From Piedraia hortae CBS 480.64 (lineage: Eukaryota): a stretch of 64,000 bases of DNA. The stretch lies in contig MU005957.1 in assembly GCA_010093745.1 (NCBI GenBank), positions 496,001-560,000 of the forward strand, written 5' to 3'. A program made the position numbers and the translations under genes. The notes under the pieces are model-generated. The model saw nothing but the letters and a program-made list of their open reading frames with translations, searched no databases and was not told the DNA's origin. Positions within the stretch are counted from its first letter, which is position 1. Each line of letters opens with the position of its first letter. Below, in pieces: positions 22,950 through 33,117 of this stretch.

Positions 22950-24098
22950 GGCTCATAAACCTGATGGATCGCAGCCGCGACGAACAAAGCAATCGCGGGC
23001 TCATAACTATTTCCAAACGAGCGCCAAGAGCCGGCAATTCCTGGCTCATAACTGTCGTAGCTAACGCCAAGGAGCCAGCCATCACAGGCTCATAACTATG
23101 ATGGACCAGAACGGAGACGGACAGAACAATCCCCGGCTCATAACTGTTAGGAACCGCTCCCAGAAGCCAGGAATACTGGGCTCATAACCTGTTGGATAGC
23201 CACAGGCAAGCCCACCACCTGGGCTCATAACTGTCGAGCAGCAGCCGAGACGGACAGAATGCCGGGCTCATAACCTGTTAGAACACAGGCCCAACGAACA
23301 GAGCACAGACCGGGCTCGTAACTGTGATACCACACCCGAAACGGACAGAGCAATCCTGGGCTCATAACTAAGACGTGAAAGCCAAAGCCAGGGCACAGCC
23401 CTACCGGGCTCATAACCTGTTGGACCAGAACCAAGACAGACAGAGCAATGCCGGGCTCATAACTATCTCGGACCAGCGCCAGAAGTCAGGAATCCCGGGC
23501 TCATAACCTGTTGTACCGCGGCCAAGACGGACAGAGCAATCCGGGCTCATAACTTATTATAGACCGGCACCCAGGAACCAGAAATTCCAGGCTCATAATC
23601 TGTTAGAGGCCAACGCCAAAGAGCCATCTATGAGGGGGCTCATAACTAGGAACGGCAACCGAGGCTGGCAGAGCATAGGCCAGGCTCATAACCTGTTAGG
23701 AACCGACGCTAGAAGCCAGCCATAGAGGGCTCATAACTGATGGATCACAGTCAAGACGGATAGTGAGCTCCGGACTCATAACTGAGACGTCGAAGCCAAG
23801 GCCCGGAGCCAGCAATCCCGGGCTCATAACCTGTGAGCAGCAGCCGAGACAGGCAGAGCAATTACGGGCTCATAACCAGATAGGGCCGGCATCTAGAAAC
23901 CAGAAATACCAGGCTCATAACTGTTAGCGGTCGGCGCCAGAAGCCTGGAATGCCGGGATAATAACCTATTAGAGCACATGCCAAACGAACAGAGCATACG
24001 GGGGGCTCTTAACTGTGTCCCCACGCCAAAGACCCAGCAATCCCGGGCTCATAACTTTTGGACCGCAGCCGGGACATGAAAAATGCCGGACTCATAAC
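22950..24098. repeat. Regularly interspaced array: 26 copies of a GGCTCATAAC core with 42-48 bp periodicity and divergent spacers
   Basis: Cores start at 22950, 22998, 23043, 23087, 23135, 23179, 23222, 23265, 23313, 23359, 23407, 23454, 23498, 23544, 23590, 23637, 23683, 23728, 23773, 23821, 23867, 23912, 23956, 24004, 24046 and 24089. All are in the same orientation. Confidence 0.97.
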
Positions 24099-24604
24099 GT
24101 CTTGTAAGTCCCCCCTCCCTAGTATAACTGATAAGGCATATCAGCACCCGAAAAGACGATGGATGTGCTCGTGACTGTGTCCAAGGAGCTGCGCGGAATG
24201 ATGTCGTCCAGTGTAGTCCAGTCCGCCGTTAAGTTTCCGCTTCCAGCCAGCAGCGTGAGCGATTTATAGGGCTGCCCGCCTTGGTTGGGCTGAATGTGGA
24301 ACAGTTTTGTCCGCCAGGAGGTGTGGTGGTTCTCCAAGTGGGGTGCCAAGCAATTCATCCCTTGACGGTGACAGCTCAAATGCCGCCTTACTTTATCTGG
24401 CCAAGCGCCATCAACTGAACGATGGGCAACAATTTCTGTAATCGAGCTGTGTAAGAGGCCAGCCTAGATCGATTCCTCAATGGTAACCCACTCCCGATTT
24501 ATGATAAACACCTCAACGTGTTTCCATAGAAATTCAGGTTCTTAATCTCAACACCTTCAACCGCAACAAAATATCATACATAGTCATCTTACAACAAACA
24601 GTCC

Positions 24605-24968
24605 CTAAGACGAAGAGTTCCTCACACCCCTAACCTTCTCCAGCAACTGAACCCTCGGTTCGTCCTTCTCATGTTCGATACCATGCTACCTGTCATTAGC
24701 CATCAACCAGTAACCAGGAGAAAAAAAAACCCTACCTTGTTAAGAAACTCTTTCAGCTCCGTATTCGTCCATTCCTCAAGCAGACGATCATCTTTCTTCT
24801 GGCTAGGAAAAACCTCGCCGCCCCAGATAGACCAAGCTGCGGCGGCTGAGACTGCAAGTGCGAAGCCGAAGAAGATATTCTACATCCTGCGTTAGCAGCC
24901 CAGCAAATAACAATAAGATTTCCACTTGCTTGAGACCGAACGGCCCGATCTAGCGGCGTTGGAGCCAT
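24605..24968 (-). CDS. Small conserved fungal single-pass membrane protein (MPTPLDRA... family), 3 exons, missed by the ORF track
   Basis: Exons 24968-24930, 24879-24736 and 24685-24605 splice in frame to MAPTPLDRAVRSQ/NIFFGFALAVSAAAAWSIWGGEVFP...EEWTNTELKEFLNK/HGIEHEKDEPRVQLLEKVRGVRNSSS*. Intron 1 is GC-AG. Confidence 0.8.
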
Positions 24969-25002
24969 GGCCTTGCGCTTGCTGATGAACGGAGTTGTTG
25001 AC

Positions 25003-25014
25003 TTAGGGTTAGGG
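25003..25014. promoter_or_regulatory. TTAGGGTTAGGG telobox-like motif in a divergent promoter
   Basis: Lies in the ~93 bp gap between two divergent start codons (24968 and 25062). Confidence 0.45.
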
Positions 25015-25061
25015 ATTATGACACCTCTCACCAGCCATCCGTTGCCTCAGTCTTGCTGCCT

Positions 25062-26684
25062 ATGCCTCTCCTCGGCGCGCGTCTCTCAAAGAACTGCTGG
25101 AGAAATCTTCGACATGGAATCAGATTCCAAAGCTCATCCGCGATCCATGCGCCGTTGAGCGTCCCACCACCACATCGCCAGCTTTACCAAACTTTGTTAA
25201 GCCTCGAGGAAGACGCCGCCGGTTTCGTGGATATATCCCGCCTTCAGCTCGCATTACGCAGTTTGGAGAGTTCGAATCCGGTTATTCGCGTTGCGTTGTT
25301 GGGTCTGGGTCCTCGTGGGGGTCGAGCTGTGAAGCAACTTGCTAAAGTCTTGTTGAGTGATGAGTTGGTGGAGGAGCAGAGATGGGAGAGGGAACTCGAG
25401 GGAGAGCATAGTGCTTTAATTCGGTATGGAAGTGAGGAGGAAGTCGTCCCATCGAGTCCGTTGGCACAGACGGTTCTGGCTCCCTCGGCTTTATTGAAGA
25501 AGCATAGGTTGGAATTGTTGGCAATGCATTGGTCTGTTGCGATGACGGAGCAGGAGGATGCGATGTTAGGGCCGACAATGTCTGTGCCGGGCTCGACCGT
25601 AAGGTATCCGGTCCATAAGGCGCTGATTGTGGCTGATGGGGTGGATGGAACGGTTGAGTCGGGACGGATCACGGTGAAGAGTCCTCTGATTAAGGCGGTT
25701 TGCAATCTGCCTCTTCGTCAGGATGCTGGAGAAGGGGTTGTGGATGTGGATTTGGCGAATGATGCTATCAGCCTCCTTCGAGCTGATCGATCTAAGGGGT
25801 CAGAGTACAGTCACAAGTGGCAAGCCAGCCAGGTCAGCAAACTAATTCCTTGGTTATCTCCGAAAGTTTCGGAGACTGGCCTATCTGAACCTGTTCAGCA
25901 ATTGATCGATTCTTTGCTCAACCAGGCATCATCTGCCATCGCACGTGCAGAGACTGGGCGGAATGCTCTATCAGCCAATATGCCTTCAACAAAACGCCGA
26001 GAACTCGAGGGCCTAGTATCTGGGTGGACTCAGACAGCCCATAGCGAGCTCCAATTACACCTAGCTCAAGCAGCGGAATTACCTTCCTGGCGTCAAACAG
26101 TATGGTGGAAACTGATTTGGCGCGTCGACGACGTGGCTGCAGGAGCAGGCGACTTGCTCAATAGCTGGCTAGTACGAGCCGAATCCTCGCTAGCCTATCT
26201 CTGTGGACGAATCGACGAAACCATAATATCAACCCAAAAATCATCAGAGCCTCCCAATGAACACTGGCCACACGCCATCGAATTCAACCGCAACGACATC
26301 CTACACACAAAAATCCCAGAGCTGCAACGCACAGCCCAGAGTCTATTCGCCCGGGCTCTGGCCACGACGGCGGGTAGTTCTGCGCTCGGCGCCGTGTGTG
26401 CTCTCGCTTCACCTGCTGACATGGCACTCGCACTAGCTTTTCCTGCTCTTGGCATTGTCGTCAGTCTTAGCAGGCTTCAGGTCAAATGGACCGCCGCACG
26501 CGCAAGATACGAGGCAGCTCTCGCGCAACGTGGGCGGGAGGTTATAGTTTATGTTGAGGATCAGTTGCGGAGAGTGGTGAGTGTGCGGAATGTATCTCAG
26601 AGGAGTGAGTTTGATGGGCCAAAGGCTTCGATCAAAGTCTGTAGAGATGCGTTGCGGGAGGCCAAGGGGAGTGAAACAATATAA
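25062..26684 (+). CDS. Mmc1-like putative mitochondrial protein
   Basis: Presequence-like N-terminus; VDISRLQLALRSLE..IRVALLGL, YPVHKALIV, WWKLIWRVDDV; two C-terminal hydrophobic helices. Confidence 0.7.
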   Translation: MPLLGARLSKNCWRNLRHGIRFQSSSAIHAPLSVPPPHRQLYQTLLSLEEDAAGFVDISRLQLALRSLESSNPVIRVALLGLGPRGGRAVKQLAKVLLSDELVEEQRWERELEGEHSALIRYGSEEEVVPSSPLAQTVLAPSALLKKHRLELLAMHWSVAMTEQEDAMLGPTMSVPGSTVRYPVHKALIVADGVDGTVESGRITVKSPLIKAVCNLPLRQDAGEGVVDVDLANDAISLLRADRSKGSEYSHKWQASQVSKLIPWLSPKVSETGLSEPVQQLIDSLLNQASSAIARAETGRNALSANMPSTKRRELEGLVSGWTQTAHSELQLHLAQAAELPSWRQTVWWKLIWRVDDVAAGAGDLLNSWLVRAESSLAYLCGRIDETIISTQKSSEPPNEHWPHAIEFNRNDILHTKIPELQRTAQSLFARALATTAGSSALGAVCALASPADMALALAFPALGIVVSLSRLQVKWTAARARYEAALAQRGREVIVYVEDQLRRVVSVRNVSQRSEFDGPKASIKVCRDALREAKGSETI

Positions 26685-27059
26685 ACCTTTGGTGCACAAG
26701 GTAGAAGAGGGTGCTCAAAGAGGAAACCGTTACGAATGAGACGAATAGGTGCCACCACCAGAGGTACATCGCCAAGATACACTTGGTGAATGCGTATAAT
26801 TTCTCTTGTGTGGATAGAAAAACCATATGTACGAGTAGCTCGCGAGAGAAAAAGTCTTCCAATCATTACATTGCATGAGTCGTGACATCGTATCCACCAA
26901 CAAAATCATGCGCGACCGAATCATGTCAACCAACCCAGCAAAGTTGAATTTCTTGGCAAGGTCGCACTTGTTAGAGTTTAGCCTCTCTGCGGGAGCTTCA
27001 CCATCCCCTCTCATCAACACCGCTCCATCATCATCCATCCACACCTCATCTCCAAACAC

Positions 27060-28082
27060 TCACTCAAACTCAGCGAGCACATCAACCCCATCACCAACCT
27101 TAACAATCCCATACTCAAAAATCGGCGTAACCGTACCCTCTTCCGTAACACGATACTCCGCATCCGTCTCAAACAAGCCCTGTTCATCGCGTCCAATCCG
27201 ACGCCCCATAGCAATCTGCTTCCACTTCGACTTCTCAAGCCCATTCACAAAGATATGTGCCTTGTCTGTCGCACCACAACCCAGTTTGATAGGCATGCGA
27301 TGGCTTTTACTGTAGTCTAACCTGAACACCCCCAAGGGGTTTCTCACGCCGAGGAAGTAGGCTAGCTTTTCGAGTGATCTGGGGTCGAGTTCCTTTGTCA
27401 TATTCACCGCGTCCACCAGGGTTGTTTTGATGAAGAGAGGTTCTGTGAGGTATTCTCTCGACTTGGCGCGTTCGGGGGTTGGGAAAAGCGGTAGTCTCAT
27501 TGTTAGGATTTCTGTTCGCAGACCGAGGAAGTTGTAGTCTGGTTCAAAGGGGAAGCGGAGCACTAGACAGCCTCCGTTGGTAACCCATTCGTTGGGCTTC
27601 AGTTTTGCTTTAGGGTCGGGGAGCCAGAGCTCTAGTTTTAGTTGTGTGAGGTTGGGGAAGTCGGTGGACGAGATGGCGCGCCATTCGTGTTTCCATTCCG
27701 TGCTGGGCTCTTCATCCTCAGGCTTCAAGACTGGGGTTGAGGTCAATTGGGCGAGGGCAAAGGTGCCGTTGTATTTCAGACCTGATGGTGCGACTTCGGA
27801 GACGGTGAGTTCGACTCCGAGAGATGAGAGGATAGGGTAGGTGATTAATGCCTTAACTTGCGGGTTCGTGGTTTTATTATGGTCAAGTTCTAATAGGTTG
27901 CTGTGCCTTCGAAGGCCAAAACGGCGCAATCCAGGTATTTGAGTTGTTTCGGAGGTGCCTTTTGCGGCCTTCTCTAAACTGGCGCTAAGTAGAAGAGGTG
28001 CCACCACCACAAGCAGACTCAGCAATGTCGGCGGACTAAGAACATATTCCAGATAATGGTGTAACAAAGCTACCGCCGACAT
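27060..28082 (-). CDS. MOSC N-terminal-domain membrane protein (divergent)
   Basis: N-terminal TM segment; VKALITYPILSSLGVEL..GLKYNGTFALA..FPNLTQL resembles MOSC_N; C-terminal GIVKVGDGVDVL. Confidence 0.7.
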   Translation of the reverse strand: MSAVALLHHYLEYVLSPPTLLSLLVVVAPLLLSASLEKAAKGTSETTQIPGLRRFGLRRHSNLLELDHNKTTNPQVKALITYPILSSLGVELTVSEVAPSGLKYNGTFALAQLTSTPVLKPEDEEPSTEWKHEWRAISSTDFPNLTQLKLELWLPDPKAKLKPNEWVTNGGCLVLRFPFEPDYNFLGLRTEILTMRLPLFPTPERAKSREYLTEPLFIKTTLVDAVNMTKELDPRSLEKLAYFLGVRNPLGVFRLDYSKSHRMPIKLGCGATDKAHIFVNGLEKSKWKQIAMGRRIGRDEQGLFETDAEYRVTEEGTVTPIFEYGIVKVGDGVDVLAEFE

Positions 28083-28215
28083 GATCTTCTACGGCGGCTT
28101 CGTTGACTTTGGTGACTGGGTGTCTAAATCCTAACCCTAGATACTGGCAGCGCATCAAAGACATGCAAACAGAGCAGGTGTCAACGATGTAGATGTGCGG
28201 TGAAGGAGAGCAGCT

Positions 28216-29274
28216 ATGGCTGATCCCTCAACCCCAGCAGCCACCGAGACACCGCTATCTGCACTGCACCGCCTGCCGACCGTCTCGGCATCTCAAGCTC
28301 TACAACAACGTCTCGACACCCAAAACCAACCCACAGGGCTTCCAAGCCTAGATACCCACCTAGCCGGCGAGAGCCAATCGCCTGGTTTCCCACGAGGCAA
28401 AGTATCCGAAGTCTGGGGCCCCAGCGGAGCGGGCAAAACAGCAATATGCCTCCAAATTGCCGCTCTGGCACTCAAACGCGGCTCCTCCGTCATTTGGGCC
28501 TCCTCCGAATCGCCCTTCGTCATGGGCAGACTCAATCAAGTCTTAAAATCCCACTCCATCGACCGTGAAACCACTCTCAACAAAAACTTCCACTGGCTCC
28601 CTCAACCAACCCTCTCCCACCAACTCGCATTCGTCCTACACTCCAAAGCCAGCGTGATACCGAGGAACACCTCCCTCCTCATCTTCGAGGGCGTCCATGG
28701 CCTCATCGAGCAGGAATACCCCCGCTACCCCATTCTCACCGGCTCAGAGGATATGCGGAGGTGGAAGATTAGTCGTCGCTATGCGGTGCTAAATTCGCTT
28801 GTCTCCGGGCTTAATAAACTTGCCACGGTAACGAATACGGCTGTGGTTGTTACCACAGGGTGTGCCTCCCGCGCGAGGCCGGGTGGCTTGGGCCCTGCTA
28901 TCGTGCCTGGTGTGGGCGGTAGGGAGTGGGATTCGGGGATTTTTAATCGGTTAGTTTTGTTTAGAGATCATAAGGGTAGGTTTATTGGTCTGACAAAATG
29001 TCGGGCTCGGAGCCTGGTTCCGGGTGATGGGGTTGGGGCCGTAGGGAAGGCGTTTTGTTTTGAGTTTCCGGATGATGGGGTTGTGATGAGGGAGAGGAGG
29101 ATTGGGAATGTTCAGATGACGGCGCCGGTTCCGAGCCCGAAAAGGGCGCGGAAGAGGTTCTATGATGAAGTTGCGGATTCGGAGGGGGAGGAGGAGGAGG
29201 AGTTGTATGGGTGGGATGAGGATTATGCTGTTCTGCTAGCGGGGGAGGGAGGCTCGGAAGGGGAGGCGAAGTAG
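28216..29274 (+). CDS. RAD55: RecA/Rad51-family paralog (Rad55/Rhp55-like)
   Basis: HRLPTVSASQAL, PTGLPSLD, GFPRGKVSEVWGPSGAGKT (Walker A), RLVLFRD, RKRFYDEVADSE. Confidence 0.75.
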   Translation: MADPSTPAATETPLSALHRLPTVSASQALQQRLDTQNQPTGLPSLDTHLAGESQSPGFPRGKVSEVWGPSGAGKTAICLQIAALALKRGSSVIWASSESPFVMGRLNQVLKSHSIDRETTLNKNFHWLPQPTLSHQLAFVLHSKASVIPRNTSLLIFEGVHGLIEQEYPRYPILTGSEDMRRWKISRRYAVLNSLVSGLNKLATVTNTAVVVTTGCASRARPGGLGPAIVPGVGGREWDSGIFNRLVLFRDHKGRFIGLTKCRARSLVPGDGVGAVGKAFCFEFPDDGVVMRERRIGNVQMTAPVPSPKRARKRFYDEVADSEGEEEEELYGWDEDYAVLLAGEGGSEGEAK

Positions 29275-29453
29275 ATTGGGCCATTGTCTGGGAGTTAAGG
29301 GTGGTTTGGTGAATATGCTTGCTCCTGAATGGGTGTTTCGTGGAAGTGGAAGAATTGTGCATTGGTCTTGCCGTTGTCTTTATTGTAATGGTTTGAGCAT
29401 ATTCAGAGCAATTATTTCCACAGGATAAATGAGACATGGCCTTTTCCAGCCCA

Positions 29454-29993
29454 TTATGGTGCATAGCCCCTCGCCTCTGCTTCGCCGCCTACATCACCTG
29501 GCAGAGGATCAAGAGGAGCCAAACACACCGCCGTGGCGTAATCTCCATCGTGGCTGATACTGATCTTGAGAACTTGACCGGGCAGGTCATCATTCTGTAG
29601 ATGACCGGGAGTGACACTATCATCCTTTGGATCACGAAACGCAGATGCGCACTTATCCAAAACGACGCCGTATACAGAACCGTTACCAGTACGGCTGAGA
29701 ATCTGAACTCGAAAGGGTGTGACATCTTTCCGTCCCACAGCTTTAATGGCAGCTTCCTTGGCAGCCCATCGACCAGCCAGATATTGCATCGACTGCTCCT
29801 TTTGAGGTCCCGACGCGTCCTGAAATCGCTTCCAGAACTGCTCTTGCTCTCGCCACGTTAGAAAGCGCGTCATGAATCGAGTTAACCGAACGCCATGCTC
29901 TTCGCTGCTACTGTCTATCAATTGCCTAATTCGCGATATCTGCGCGATATCTGTGCCGATGCCCAGCTGGAGCGGAAATGGTCGAGGAGGCAT
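29454..29993 (-). CDS. PPT2: AcpS-type 4'-phosphopantetheinyl transferase (mitochondrial)
   Basis: MPPRPFPLQLGIGTDIA, YLAGRWAAKEAAIKA, ISISHDGDYATAVC. Confidence 0.9.
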   Translation of the reverse strand: MPPRPFPLQLGIGTDIAQISRIRQLIDSSSEEHGVRLTRFMTRFLTWREQEQFWKRFQDASGPQKEQSMQYLAGRWAAKEAAIKAVGRKDVTPFRVQILSRTGNGSVYGVVLDKCASAFRDPKDDSVTPGHLQNDDLPGQVLKISISHDGDYATAVCLAPLDPLPGDVGGEAEARGYAP

Positions 29994-30811
29994 CCTGCTT
30001 TTGTTTTTCGAATATCGACGTGGAATTGAAGCGGCTGTTTCCGTCCAGCGCAAACTTCCGCCCAGAACTTCCGATACGGTGCACAAGGTGCTGCTCATCA
30101 ATCTAGATGAAAAGGTCCTCTCGGTTATAGATTGTCAAGCTCCTGGATAATTCTACTTCTCGCGCCAGTATCCCAACTACCTTGTCAAGACCGGTCACCA
30201 ACAACGAACAACCGAGACTTGGTTGGTGAATCACCCCCTTGCCATTATGAATCATGCAGTTTGTTTGCTGCAGGAATCGAATATACATGAGTCATGTGTC
30301 AATGCGCCTTAAGTTTTCGTTTTGGGACTACCTTGGCTGCCCCTGACTCAAAGCGGAAGGAGCGGGAAAAAGAGAAAAGCGATGTATACCCACCACCGGA
30401 TATGTCTGCTCATAGCCGGAAAGTAAAGATTAGCGTCTTTGGTGCCTAGCAATTGCTTTATGTATGATGCATTACGACTAAACAATTTCTTTGCCAGCCG
30501 ATTTCTTTGTCACTTCACCACCAACTTTCCAACAATGAAGTTCGCAGTCCATATTCCATAAACGTCGAAATGCGCATCCGATGGCGGACAAAAGGTAGGC
30601 TTATCGCTTTTCCCATTGTATTTGCAAACTTCTCTCGCTACGTATTCTCCATAACAGCACAGTTTACTGCAAGATCGAAGTAAACATCTGATACCACGGT
30701 GTGAGCGGTTCTGCGCACTGTGAAAGCACTCCTGCACATTCACGCCATAGTCAGATCTGCGTTTGACCGATTGTGCACACCGCTAGCCGGATTTTGAATC
30801 TCAACACCAAC

Positions 30812-31984
30812 ATGGAGCCGTCCATTGCCTATATCGCAGGGACTGCAGTCGTTTGGCTCTCACTGTTGTTCGCTATTCCTGCTCTACGCGATGGATTCCG
30901 TGCGGTACAGAGACCCATGGGCCTTATTCATCAGGACTATCGCGCCGGCATCCAATGGACCACGTACGAACCTCCAAAGCTGGTTTTCGCGAATAATACT
31001 TTCTACGCCAACTTTCCGAATAAGGAGACTATATCAGAACCGGTTCTGCCTCCCACTGGTCCAACAGGGGTCCATGTGTACAGCCCTGCTGTGACGACGT
31101 ATACAAGCTACGATACAACCCAAAGCAACTGGTTCATCGAAAACTTTCCGTGGCATATCTTGATTCTAACCGGTGTGGCTGCTTCCATTATCCTTCTTTG
31201 GCTCATCTGGAAGTATATCAACAACACAAAAGCTCTGGAAGTGTCTCTAGGCGACTACCAGAAGCTAGAAGCTGAAAACAAGGCACTCAGAGTTGAGAAT
31301 CAGAAACTCCAGGAAAATGTGGAATGGCTTGAGGAGCGGATACGCCAATTGGACAAGGAGATTGAACATATCAAGAAAGAGGCCAAGGACAAACTCCGCA
31401 CAGTTCGCGAGGACCTGGATGTCAAACTTCCAGAAGCCGTCGAAATGATTGACGTTTTGATCAAATTTCTCACCCATTATCTTGAACCTGACTCGGAGCC
31501 CGAGAATAGTGATGGTGACAATGGTGATGATCATCACGGCTGGGGTGGGGATCATGGACACAGCGGTGGCCACGATGAAGGTGATGATGGTGAACCGGAT
31601 CCAGAACCAGAACCAGAATTAGGACCAAAGCCAGGGCCAGAGCCAGAGCCAACGTTGCCAGTTCAACCTCCTCCAAGGACGACCGAAACCGAGGCCGAAC
31701 CGATCGTCGAGTCAGACTCCTCGGAATCAGACGCCCCATTGCCTAGGGATATTGAGGATATTGAGACAGAGGAGACCAAAGCCTTGCTTCCGCCGGCACA
31801 TTTCGAGGGGACCATGACCAATTGGCGTCATCAATGGGATGGTACGGCAGAAAGACTCCGGCAAGAGGTTCAGAAACGGGCAGAAGTCGAACAGCGTTCG
31901 GCAGCCCGAGGAGATGCAGGGACTAACGCCACAAGAAAACAGCGGGTTACTCAATTAAGATTAGATAGGTTTCGAAAGGAGTGA
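30812..31984 (+). CDS. Hypothetical membrane protein with coiled coil and PE-rich acidic tail
   Basis: 390 aa open frame with two hydrophobic segments, a heptad-rich region and PEPEPE repeats. No family recognised. Confidence 0.65.
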   Translation: MEPSIAYIAGTAVVWLSLLFAIPALRDGFRAVQRPMGLIHQDYRAGIQWTTYEPPKLVFANNTFYANFPNKETISEPVLPPTGPTGVHVYSPAVTTYTSYDTTQSNWFIENFPWHILILTGVAASIILLWLIWKYINNTKALEVSLGDYQKLEAENKALRVENQKLQENVEWLEERIRQLDKEIEHIKKEAKDKLRTVREDLDVKLPEAVEMIDVLIKFLTHYLEPDSEPENSDGDNGDDHHGWGGDHGHSGGHDEGDDGEPDPEPEPELGPKPGPEPEPTLPVQPPPRTTETEAEPIVESDSSESDAPLPRDIEDIETEETKALLPPAHFEGTMTNWRHQWDGTAERLRQEVQKRAEVEQRSAARGDAGTNATRKQRVTQLRLDRFRKE

Positions 31985-32572
31985 GGGAGAAGAGGTCCGT
32001 GCAAGCACTGTTGACAGCGAGCCTAGCGCTACCAAAGGTCCCGAATCAATCTCAGCAATTACCATCGTGGCAGAATGCTGGAAATGTGCCCGCAGTAAAC
32101 ATTGTACCATCACCTGAAGGACATACTCGCGATGGTACTGTCTATCTGGTGGGTGAGGAGGAGTGAGGGCGAGGTTAGAGGGCCCCCCATGCTATAGTCC
32201 TTCAATGCAAATGTAATCCGTTTCGTCGCAGAACGTTGTATCGTGATTAGAATTAAAGTTAGAGTTTAGGTCGGAAGACTTTGACGACCACGAGTCATGC
32301 TCAAGTACGTTAGAATGGGCTGGTGAAATCCTCATGGAGTGGAAGCCGCTGCATAATCAGTGAATAGATTGACGCCGATGCCCGTTGAGGGTTCATTCCT
32401 TGACACTATGGTACCAATCCTCCATGTATGCTAAGCAAACCTTATGCTGTGCGTACAAAGGTATCAGCCATCTACCCATCGAAGCAGACATACCTACAAC
32501 ACAATAGGAAGAAAAAAACACATTCCGTTTGATCACACCAGCTGGTGCGAACCATAGCAGTGTGCTAAAACC

Positions 32573-33117
32573 CTACTCCTCGAGCTTAATCTTCTTATTT
32601 GACCATCCAACATGAGCATCCGAAGCCCTCTTCTTGCCTTTCTTAACAGCGCTTTCGCCCCCAGTCACTATCGTCTGCGTCTGCGGCGTAGCATTCGGCG
32701 TAGCATTCTCATCCCCACTGACAGTCCCAACCTCCTTCTCCTTCTCCTCCTCCCCCCCCTGCTGCTTCTTCATATCAGCCTCCAACCTCTTCGCCTCCTT
32801 TTTCTCAGCGCGCAGAACTTTGGCAGCCTGCTTTTTATCCTGGGTTTCTCTTTCGATAGCGTCCTTTTGCGCAATGATCCTGTCGCGGAGGCTCTCCCAG
32901 GCCCTGCGGACGTCGCAGACACGTTTCCGCTTGAAGTGGGCTATGGCATTGACGTTGAGCTGTGATTTTTAGTGTGTGGGGGGTTTTGGGGAAGAGTTCG
33001 TACATCAGGCATCTCTTTGGCGAAGAAATACGAAAGAGCCATGAGATCACGCTCCTCGGCGTTAAACGGCGCGAGGGCGCTCTCGGTCGGGAGCTTCGGG
33101 GATTCGTTGGGAGACAT
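32573..33117 (-). CDS. Hypothetical small, probably nuclear protein (possible Myb/SANT-like N-terminus; intron 32960-33003)
   Basis: MSPNESPKLP...FNAEERDLMALSYFFAKEMPD/LNVNAIAHFKRKRVCDVRRAWESLRDRI splices into the frame of the 32573-32785 ORF. Basic NLS-like tail KKGKKR..KKIK. Confidence 0.6.

Noticed and set aside
22950..24098. True CRISPR array
   Set aside because: The context is eukaryotic, no cas genes are visible, the constant part is only about 10 bp and non-palindromic, and the spacers are homologous to each other.
22950..24098. Back-to-back mini-introns on the minus strand (units read GTTATGAG...(CT)AACAG and match local intron sizes)
   Set aside because: GTTATG lacks the +5 G of most donors in this window. 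CTAAC occurs in only a few units and directly abuts the AG, unlike the real introns. RNA-seq could still test it.
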